Source: Octopus bimaculoides
Taxonomy: Eukaryota
Direction of reading: 5' to 3'
NCBI RefSeq assembly: GCF_001194135.2
Contig: NC_068982.1
Span: 168,473,647 to 168,507,209, forward strand
Length of the DNA: 33,563 nt
This document shows positions 23,925-33,563 of this stretch, piece by piece. A program made the position numbers and the translations under genes. Under the pieces are notes generated by a model. That model did not search any database and had not been told where the DNA came from. It saw nothing but the letters and a program-made list of their open reading frames with translations. Position 1 is the stretch's first letter, and each line of letters begins with the position of its first letter.

Positions 23925-23998
23925 ACCTGGTCCATATGTTTGTAACAGACTGGACACTGCTGAAACTAACATGGAGTTAAGTTATGATATTAAGCTAG
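23925..23998 (+). CDS. Candidate internal exon (PGPYVCNRLDTAETNMELSYDIKL)
   Basis: Acceptor ttattcctataccgtag, donor CTAG|gtgacg; the frame continues from 23529-23574. Confidence 0.25.
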
Positions 23999-24089
23999 GT
24001 GACGTATTAATCTACCATCCTGAAAGATGTACAATCTGACATACTCTACGTCTTTCCAATTTCACTGACAAGGCTTGGACCAAGAAAAG

Positions 24090-24185
24090 TTTGTTATAGA
24101 AGACGCAAGCTCAAAGTCCCGCGTTGTGGGATCGAACCTTTAAATTAAAAACAAGAGACAGGAATTATCCACTCGCTTTAGCTAT
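24090..24185 (-). mobile_element. SINE family B head fragment
   Basis: tatagaagacgcaagctcaaagtcccgcgttgtgggatcgaacc; the reverse complement contains the B-box-like ggttcgatccc. Confidence 0.5.
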
Positions 24186-25879
24186 GAAAGCTTGTTATTA
24201 TAGGAGCAGAAAGTATTTTCGACAGGATGATCTCTCGTTGCATCTGCTGGAGCGTTGATTCTCAAATTGGTAAATAATAGTGAAATTTTCTACCACACTC
24301 TCCCTATATTAATGACAAAGATTTTGCATCATATAATTTTTCTTTCTTCGTAGTGATTTTAGTTAAATTTAAAAAGTTTAAAATCATCTTAATTCTATTA
24401 ACAACAATGATTTTTCCGCTTCGTTCTCCAATCTCATAGCCGCCGCCTAAGCATGCTGTTGTTTCAATCATTAGAAACAACTGGGTTAGAAGATAACATT
24501 GACCTTACTGAGGCTGCAAAATAGTTTAGTATCCGACTACGCTACTGTGGTTTGGAATTCTATTCGTAACTATCTAAGCCAATTATATTGCATTCTCAGA
24601 AATCTTTATGACTAGAAAATACATCGTTGTGGGTTTTACGTAATTACTGAGAAAAGGCAAAACAAACGAAATGGAAATCAAAACCAAATTTACTTTCTCA
24701 GTATTCAAGCAGACAACTAAAAATACAATTTATTTTGTACAAATAACCTTCATTTGTAAACAAGAAAAGAGAAGAGTTATGAAGTCTTTTGATATTCTAT
24801 CCTTTTTCAAAACCAGTAAGAATGTAAATGAAGTTGTTCTGACAATCTAAACCTGGTTGTGGTTTGAATAACCAAGTAAATAAGAGAAAATAAAACTTAT
24901 TTCGTTCATAGTTACAATACTTACAGATACAGGCAAAGAAATACAAGCGTTCATGAATTGAAAGCATTTGTAGTTGTACTCCATCGTTCTTTCTAACGGA
25001 GAATGAAAACCGAATCATTGTTATCTATTTCGGAAAATACTATCTGAAAACAATACTGGACAAACAAAAATACGTCTTATACCAACTCAATTTATCACCT
25101 GGCAGTTCTTGGCACCGCTTTCCATTTTCGACATTGTTTAATGCTGAATTCAATGGGAATCGAATACTTATCCGATCTTTCAGAGCTGAGGTTAAAATGA
25201 GGTTACAGAGATCGCACTAAATTTTTATATTTTTTCACCGATATAATTGTTTGTCTGACTAGTAAAATTCAGAAATAGCTTAAATAACTTTGCTAAATTA
25301 ACGTCGCTGACTTTTAATTGTTTTTCTTCTTTCGTCAGGAACAGTTGCACATTTGCCAAAATCAGAATCCTAGAAACAGCATAATGTGATTGTAAACCTT
25401 ATTATCAAATTGTCTAGTTGGAATTGTTCAGGTATGAATAGTTTAAGTGTGTGAGAAAAAAACTTCTTAGGTTTTTCATATGGAACCAAGATTTATTTCT
25501 GTTCTACAATTTTCCCAAAATGAATTTACTAATCTATATTGATATATTATGGATGTGCTTATGTCTGTATAGATGCACGAATGGATATATTTCTTTTGGT
25601 TTTCTTTTTGCTTGTGTTGTGTAAGTAGGTGAATAGTTGGACTGTTCTAACAATGCTAAAGTAAGATGCTTCGAGCACTTCAAGGACTTGAAAATTTGTA
25701 AGTCTCAATTATGAAAAAAATATCATTACTAATGCCATGAGCATCAAACAGTTAGAAAAGAGAAAAGAATAACTATATTCTATGAGGCCTGTGCGTAATA
25801 AATAAGACAAATTGAAGTAGACGGAAATCTGGTAAAATGTCCTAATTCCTGTCATCACATATAAAAAAGAAGAAAACAT

Positions 25880-26200
25880 TTGTTTCTAGTTGGCGTGCAA
25901 ATCCAGCAAATTTGTAGGGAGAGGGCAAATGGATTATAACGACACTAGTTCTCAACTGGTATTTTATATTATCGACCGCAAAAGGATGAAGAGTAACGTT
26001 GCCCTCGATGGGATCTGAAATCAGAGTATAAAAAAAGAAAGCAAAACAAACACGCAAAGTATTTTTACGACACTCTAACATTTCTGCCAGCTCACGTGCT
26101 AACCATGGTTTCAAATTTATGTACAAGGCCAGTTATTTTGAAAGACAGTGTCAGTCAATTACATTATTACTTCACTGGTATTTCATTTTATCTACCTTCG
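25880..26200 (-). mobile_element. Two adjacent family-A SINE copies in tandem (25880-26098 and 26105-26200)
   Basis: ctggtattttatattatcgaccgcaaaaggatgaag..ctctaacatttctgccagctcac, followed immediately by a second 3' part, ggtttcaaatttatgtacaaggccag..ctggtatttcattttatc. Confidence 0.65.
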
Positions 26201-26238
26201 TGTTTGGAAGACAATATAATAACAATGATAATAATGAC

Positions 26239-26346
26239 AAGAAGAAGAAGAAGAAGAAGAAGAAGAAGAAGAAGAAGAAGAAGAAGAAGAAGAAGAAGAA
26301 GAAGAAGAAGAAGAAGAAGAAGAAGATGATGATGATGATGATGATG
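26239..26346. repeat. Compound (AAG)29-(ATG)7 trinucleotide repeat
   Basis: Perfect runs read directly; explains the poly-K and poly-R ORFs. Confidence 0.95.
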
Positions 26347-26475
26347 ATTTCATTACCTTTTAGTGCCTATAAAGACCCAAGATATTGCACAAAACGTGTC
26401 GTAGAATAGGTGCTACAATGTACGAGGTGTGACAAATCTTGTGTGGATATGTATGTATGCATGTATGTATATGTG

Positions 26476-26520
<45 letters not shown>

Positions 26521-26635
26521 NNNNNNNNNNNNNNNNNNNNNNNNNNNNNNNNNNNNNNNNNNNNNNNNNNNNNNNNNNNNNNNNNNNNNNNNNNTTATAT
26601 GTGTATATTATATATTATGTATATAAAAATATATG

Positions 26636-26672
<37 letters not shown>

Positions 26673-27019
26673 GTGTCCATCCATCCTTTCATACATACAT
26701 ACATACATACATACATATCATGATAAGTGCATTGGTGATATACCCTTATCATCATAGGTGCACTAGACTATGTACATATAAAATTTTCACAAAAGTAAAA
26801 AAATACTAGGTTTTTCGAAAAAAAGAGCAAACGAACCTGACGCGGGTTCTCCAGATCCAATCTATTAGTGGCATAGTAGTATATGATCCTGTTGGTCACA
26901 ATTATATCGCGTCTCTGCAAGAATCAGAAGAGCAGAAGCAGATCTTCACCAAAAGGAGAGAAACAGTCATTCCCATCCGGGTCAAGGCGGTAAATTAAGG
27001 AGGAAGAGAACATTAAAAA

Positions 27020-27065
<46 letters not shown>

Positions 27066-27107
27066 GGGGTGAAGCTGGTGGTGGTGAAGCTGGTGGTGGT
27101 GGTGGCA
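27020..27107. repeat. (ATG)15 followed by GGT-rich repeat with a 15-bp duplication (gtgaagctggtggtg x2)
   Basis: Directly visible. Confidence 0.9.
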
Positions 27108-28071
27108 ACAAAGTTGTATTTGGAGATAGCTGCGGTGATGACGTCAATGATGAAGAGTATAAGACAATAAGTAATCAAAAGAGAACGAAGATAGAGCGAG
27201 ACAGATCCTACCAAAAGTGAGACAGTGAAGAACACAGTAAGAAAGAACCACCACCACCAACAACTAGAATACCAATAAAAATTGTGACGTAAAAAGTAAC
27301 AGTGAACAGAAACAAAATGGCACTGTTGCATAGTGGCGTGAAAGAGAGAAATATCGATGTCTAGAATCTAAGATACATTATCGCGAACCCTCTATGGAAT
27401 CACATTGAAACGAAGCTGATATTTCTTCAGCTTACATAAACGAGCCAACTTCCTTCTGAAGAACATTCAAATGGAAGCATTCACATTTAGTGAAGCATAA
27501 GATTATTCCAAGTTATAAATATTCTCCTAGCATTATAGATCAATAGCACATGAATACACTGAAGTTGATATGGTGGGGTGACACAAGCATAATTATTTAA
27601 TTATTTACTTCAAAATTCCTAAACTGTGTGTATGTATGTATTTATTCTATATGTGTGTGTATGTGTATGCGCCGATGTATATGATATTTTATGTACTTGT
27701 TAGTATGTTTCTTTGAAAAGTATGTGTTTCGATAGCAATGGAATTGTGACAACTTCGTTTTCAAAGTGATTTTCAATATTAAAAAAAGAGGAATTTACAT
27801 ATTCTCTGTTTTATTCTTACCCCACAATTTCCTATTGGATAAACATAAGAAAAAGAAAACTCTGATGTCGGTGATAAGCTTCATCGTTTATTCATCTTTT
27901 TCCTCGACTTATGCATCTGCGGGGTATTCAGATGCAATATATATACACACAGACACATACAAGTGTGTGTATGTATATATAAATGTGTATATATATGCGT
28001 GTGTGTGTGCGCATGTGTGTGTATACAGAGAGAGGGGGGGGGTGACAAAGAGAGACAAACACAGAAACAGA

Positions 28072-28118
<47 letters not shown>

Positions 28119-28284
28119 AGTTTGTACCTTGTTTGAGAGTGCGAGTTTGTGTTCAATGAAAATATTAATATATGACAGTATATAGCATACGATTTGAATG
28201 ATTTATACATATCTATTCATTATCACTTTGTATAGGTGCTTTTGTTATTATGCCCCCAATGTGTTTGTGTGTGTTTAGAGGCTG

Positions 28285-29200
28285 ATCTTAGGATGAAGAG
28301 TTCATAGGCTGTCCAAAGCACTCTCACGGAATGTAACCAAATAGGTTTATTTTTCAACATAGTCCGCCTTGCAGTCCACGCACTCCTTCCATCGATATTA
28401 CAGTGCTTGGATCCCATTGGTGAAGAAGCTTTCATCCTGTTGGTCAAAAAAGTTATGAACAACAGATATGATATCATCATCGCTGTTTTTCGTGTTGGGG
28501 AACAGATAATATTCAGATGGGGGTCTACTCAGGAGAACAGGGTGAGTGCTCAACCAGTACAACGTCACAGTCATGCACCGTTGCCATCGAAACCAACAAC
28601 CTTTGTTCTGGAGATTTGTCTTGATGAAACAAGACCCCTTTCGTCAGTTTTCCTGGGCGTTTTATCTTGATAGACTTTAGTGACTGCCTCAGGAAGTTGG
28701 TGTAACACTCTCCATTGATAGTGTGTACCTTTTGAACGTAGTCAATAAACACAATGTCTTTTACGTCCCAAAACCTGAGGTGATCATCTTCCCTGCAGAG
28801 GAAACGACCTTGGCCTTATTTGGAGCAGGTAAAGAGGAGTGTTTCCACTGCAGGGATAGTCTCTTTGTCTTTGGTTTAAAAGGATGAGCCCAACAATCAT
28901 CCTGGGCTAGGAAACGTTCGAGGAAACCAACTGGATATACTTCAAACGATGTTAGATTTTCCTGTGATGTGATCTGCCTGGTGGGTTTTGTATTTTGTGT
29001 CAGAAGGCATGGCACCCACCGACCAAAAACCTTCGCCATGCCAAGTTTATTGTGCACAATATTCTGAACTCTCTCACGGTATATGCTAATAACATTGACT
29101 GTTTGATTTATACTCAGTAGCCTGTAATCTTCCCCCATGTGAACACGATCAATGTTTTCCTCTGTGGTGGCAGCTTCAGGACCTGAGTTTTTGTGGGGTG
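28285..29200 (-). mobile_element. Decayed mariner element (D,D34D; irritans-like), 5' part missing
   Basis: SGPEAATTEENIDRVH..LGMAKVFGRWVPCLLT..AQDD.WAH.F.P.TKR.SLQWKH..KAKVVSSAGKMI..HQDK..EHSPCSPE*TPSEYYLFP..RWKECVDCKADYVEK*. There are 34 residues between the second and the degenerate third catalytic acidic position. Confidence 0.92.
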
Positions 29201-29944
29201 GTGCTGTGGTAAGGTTTTTGGGAAAAAATTATTATTGATTAAATTTGGGGTTATGTCATTGATTAGAATTCATGCATGTAGAACTTCGTAAACAAGTCTG
29301 TGGCTGTTTATCTTTTGTTAGGTAGATAAAAGGTGTGACAGCATTTTGGATGCTTTTGGCATTATTGGATTAATCCATTTGCTTCCACAATATAAATGTC
29401 AAAAGTCCAGTTTTTAAGCCTTTAGTAATTGTGTGTGTCAACGTTTTCCTCACAGAAGAATGTAGGTAGGTGGTAAATTTAAGCTGGCCCCTCCTTTACT
29501 TGTTGCTATTTAGGGTATTTCCTGTTTTCGTTTGTAAGGTTGGGATTATTAGTCAGAGATGTTATGGCTTTGTTGGTTTAGAAAATTGTTTCAATACTTT
29601 GATGTTAACAAATGTATTTAGGTAAAGGTTGTATGTTTATGTTTCTCTGTAGGTGTGCATTGTACTATAAGTAATTTAATTAGTGTATAAGGATTTTAAA
29701 CTGCCTGTTTTGTGGAGATAGAGTTTCTATGGTGTTTGTTTATAGAATTACTTCGAATTCTGTTCTACATATATGTTAAATTAGGGCTGAGATAGAAGGA
29801 GCATATATATTCATGTAAAAAAATGGGAACAAAATAGAATCCGAGTAATTAAAAGTAAAAATGTAAAAGGAGATGGTTCTTTCAGTTCGCTAAATCATAG
29901 TTACCTTGGAGAAACAAGTTTAGACGGATTGTATAGATTTTATA

Positions 29945-30113
29945 TATGGCATTTCGTCCATCTTTACGTTCTGAGTTCAAATTCTGCAGAGTTTGTCTTT
30001 GCTCTTCATTCTCTCGTGTTTGATGAAATAAGTACCAGTCGTACACTAGGATTGATGTAATCGACTTGCTCCCTTCACCAAAATTTCAAGCCTTCTGCCT
30101 ATAGTAGAAAGGT
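29945..30113 (+). mobile_element. SINE (family A), 5'-truncated
   Basis: ggcatttcgtccatctttacgttctgagttcaaattctgcagag..ttgatgaaataagtaccagtcgtacactaggattgatgtaatcgact..aaatttcaagccttctgcctatagtagaaagg. Confidence 0.85.
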
Positions 30114-33100
30114 TTGATCTACCAAAATGAGGCATCTTTACATTGTTGTAAATGCTCTCCCCCGATTTCATTAACAACCGTCAGAGTCAGTTCATTTCTT
30201 TTATCATTTGTTTGTCAGATGCTATCATTTTTGAGAGAATAGTTTCAAATATGAAATTATTTTCTCTTGAAAGATTTCATAGAGAATATCCTCCAAATGT
30301 TTATACTCTTCGCTCTGCCAATTAGTGGAATATTTTCCGATGTCACCGTTATTGCTGGATTCGCTGACAACATATTAACAGACTGCTTGAGTATATGTCA
30401 GCATAGAGTGAACATCTTAATCACTGCATAGCCTAGTAACACAGGTTATAGTTTAGCTGAAACCCACTTGGTATTATATGTAAAGTATTTATATTTTCAG
30501 GAACAAATTTATGCTCGCCATTTTTCGGAAAACATTAATCAATAATTCTTGCATATGTGTGTGTGTAAGAGAGAGAGAGAGAGGGAGAGAGAAAGAAAGA
30601 AAGAAAGAAAGAAAATAGATAAAGAGTGAAGAACGTTTGGTGGTCTTTGCCTGTGTAATAGAAAAGTCCGTTGCATACAGCTATCACACAAAACCTGTAA
30701 TCAGAACCTCAATCCGGAAAAAAAATAGCAAAATTAATAGCTGACTGTAAGTTAATGAGCATTCTTAGCTGATTAGACACTTATTTCCGACACCTAGTTG
30801 AATCCTGGCAATGAATAATAATATGGTCTACCCAGACACCACGAAACACAACACTGCATGTAAACAGTTTGATCCACAAGCTATTTCCACTATAACGTTG
30901 GTCTTTCTTTCCTTTCCACTTTGTTTCACTTTCTTTCATTTCTATACATGTAAGTACGTGTCTATACATGTTATGTAAAATATATTTTTATATTGATATA
31001 AGCATACATATACGTGTGTGTATATGTATAGTGAACGTGTGATGTTGTTTACATAGCTACTTATACGTATGCATGTATGTATGTATGTATGTATGTATAT
31101 ATATATATAGCTACATACGTACGTATTGAATACCGTGTGCATATATCCTTTGAGCAGAAGTGTATAGAAAAGTGTGAAGGCTAACGTATTAAGGAATTCG
31201 AATTTATATGTGTCTAAACGTATGTATGTATTTGCTTATATTTGTGCATATGATTGTATGCAGGTACATGTGTATGCATCTGTGTGGTTTAGTCTGTCCA
31301 TAAAAGATACTGTGTGTTTACCAGCTAAATGATCCGCTTCCCTTGGAGACAACTGATGGACGTCTGCTCGCATGATATAATGATCAATAAACAATCACTT
31401 GATTAGAAGTTCCAATTCCTGATAGTATACCAGATACTTACAAATAGATAAAAGAGCAACAACGAAAGCTGAAAACAATAGAACATGGTGTGCGAATCAG
31501 AAATAATGCACATACACGCACGCACGCACACACGCACATACGTATGTATGCATATATATATATATATATATATATATACGTATGCATGTATATGTATATA
31601 TATATGTATGTATTATATTTGTCGTAAACAAAACTGAATTTAGTATGAACTGCTTTTAAAGCGTTACAATTCCATTGAGGATGCCTGTAATAAAAGGGTA
31701 ATAACAAACAAGCGAAATGGTCTCACTGAGTGAAAAGGATATTATCAGTCAGTAACAAAACAGCCAGCTCAAATGCAGTCTATACTGTTGCCATACGCAT
31801 CCAGACTCTAAACACTAGTCGCGCAAAAGCAGGAGGGAAAAGATTAATATGGCACTAAATAGAACATTGCGATTATGAGAACGTAAAGGTCAATCATAAA
31901 AGACAAACTGAAAAGACGACAGGAAGGAAAATTCTCATATGCAACAAAATTGTTCGCATTTTATAAATGCGTTTCACGAATTTGCATTATATTGCGTGTA
32001 TAGGGAATTTTGTTTAGACGTGTCTTTTTATTATGTGGTTGTATGCGACACGTATACTTGCATTGCCATGTGTGTTCCTGACATTTGCATATATGTGTGG
32101 GTGTGTGTTTGTGTGTGTGTGTGTGTGTATAAGCATAAATACATACATATACATAAATACACTCATNNNNNNNNNNNNNNNNNNNNNNNNNNNNNNNNNN
32201 NNNNNNNNNNNNNNNNNNNNNNNNNNNNNNNNNNNNNNNNNNNNNNNNNNNNNNNNNNNNNNNNNNNNNNNNNNNNNNNNNNNNNNNNNNNNNNNNNNNN
32301 NNNNNNNNNNNNNNNNNNNNNNNNNNNNNNNNNNNNNNNNNNNNNNNNNNNNNNNNNNNNNNNNNNNNNNNNNNNNNNNNNNNNNNNNNNNNNNNNNNNN
32401 NNNNNNNNNNNNNNNNNNNNNNNNNNNNNNNNNNNNNNNNNNNNNNNNNNNNNNNNNNNNNNNNNNNNNNNNNNNNNNNNNNNNNNNNNNNNNNNNNNNN
32501 NNNNNNNNNNNNNNNNNNNNNNNNNNNNNNNNNNNNNNNNNNNNNNNNNNNNNNNNNNNNNNNNNNNNNNNNNNNNNNNNNNNNNNNNNNNNNNNNNNNN
32601 NNNNNNNNNNNNNNNNNNNNNNNNNNNNNNNNNNNNNNNNNNNNNNNNNNNNNNNNNNNNNNNNNNNNNNNNNNNNNNNNNNNNNNNNNNNNNNNNNNNN
32701 NNNNNNNNNNNNNNNNNNNNNNNNNNNNNNNNNNNNNNNNNNNNNNNNNNNNNNNNNNNNNNNNNNNNNNNNNNNNNNNNNNNNNNNNNNNNNNNNNNNN
32801 NNNNNNNNNNNNNNNTATATATATATATATATATTATGGAGAAGTTGTACAAAATGTATAAAGCACCAGCACAGTTTCGATTACCTGTTATTCGTAGATT
32901 TCGGGAACTTCATAGTGGCAGTTGAGGTAGTAGTATTAATAAAATAGATGGAAAAAAAGATTTTATTTTGTACGACACATGTTTCGACTCGTTTTGGGTC
33001 ACTTCGTGTTCATAAATAAATAATAAAAAAATTTAAATCTCACTAGAGCTTCGGTGCTACGTATCGCTAAATGTCCGTCAACTTTGGGAATATGTGTATA

Positions 33101-33209
33101 TACATATATATATATATATTTCAAACATTTAACAAATAGCACAACGAACAAAACAGAACAGACAGAAAATTCGTAAACATTCATCAGTCAACATCGAAAC
33201 GACCCTTAC

Positions 33210-33269
33210 AATTGCGCTCCCTTAGCAAAGATATTGTTCACTTTTGGTGGCGCCAGTGGCGAGAAGTCA
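33210..33269 (-). other. Candidate exon in a CpG-enriched segment (DFSPLAPPKVNNIFAKGAQ)
   Basis: Acceptor ttagctattcccag, donor AATT|gtaagg; 60 nt, symmetrical, single open frame, locally GC-rich. Confidence 0.3.
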
Positions 33270-33514
33270 CTGGGAATAGCTAACGAATTTACAGGACAAT
33301 GACGAAAACAAGCACGACAAAATAAAATATATATATACAACAAAACAAAAGCCTTTCGACCGCTAGACAGACATTTATGGGGTAACGCGAGGAAAAATGA
33401 AAGTGTCCTGTAAGACTGGAGATGAGAGAAGTACAGACAGAAATTGAAAACGAAAGAAGACATATTAGGGAGGGAAATAGAGAGGAGGAGTGAGGGAGGA
33501 ATGCAAAAGAGAGG

Positions 33515-33515
<1 letters not shown>

Positions 33516-33563
<48 letters not shown>
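33516..33563. repeat. (TG)n microsatellite running off the window end
   Basis: Directly visible. Confidence 0.95.

Noticed and set aside
24120-24145. B-box-like sequence as a tRNA gene
   Set aside because: No cloverleaf can be formed; it is a decayed SINE head.
22277-26409. Poly-Leu, poly-Arg and poly-Lys/Met ORFs
   Set aside because: They are explained entirely by (ATT)n and (AAG)n(ATG)n repeats.
3165-33517. Most supplied ORFs rich in YI/HT/CV/ER/LS dipeptides or X
   Set aside because: They are translations of dinucleotide or tetranucleotide microsatellites and N-gaps, not genes.

Overview
AT-rich eukaryotic (metazoan) genomic DNA with dense microsatellites and six N-gaps. The repeat families resemble those I recall from coleoid cephalopods, most likely Octopus; this is an inference from remembered repeat consensus sequences. 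No confident protein-coding gene, RNA gene or CRISPR array is present. Nearly all supplied ORFs are translations of microsatellites or N-gaps. Supportable content is decayed mobile DNA: two CR1-like LINE 3' fragments, one R4/Dong-like LINE fragment, three distinct mariner transposase relics, a short Helitron/HINE-like element, a Penelope-like tail with a minimal hammerhead-ribozyme-like fold, and about 11 tRNA-type SINE fragments. Simple and tandem repeats make up much of the rest. Several short segments with good splice signals could be host exons, but none could be anchored to a known protein. The most interesting leads are the hammerhead-like motif (16137-16172), a degenerate tandem array carrying a histone-stem-loop-like hairpin (11247-11580), a SINE/LINE shared 3' tail, and a 49-codon stretch resembling motif A of mononegaviral L polymerase (30225-30374). 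All of these need computational confirmation.
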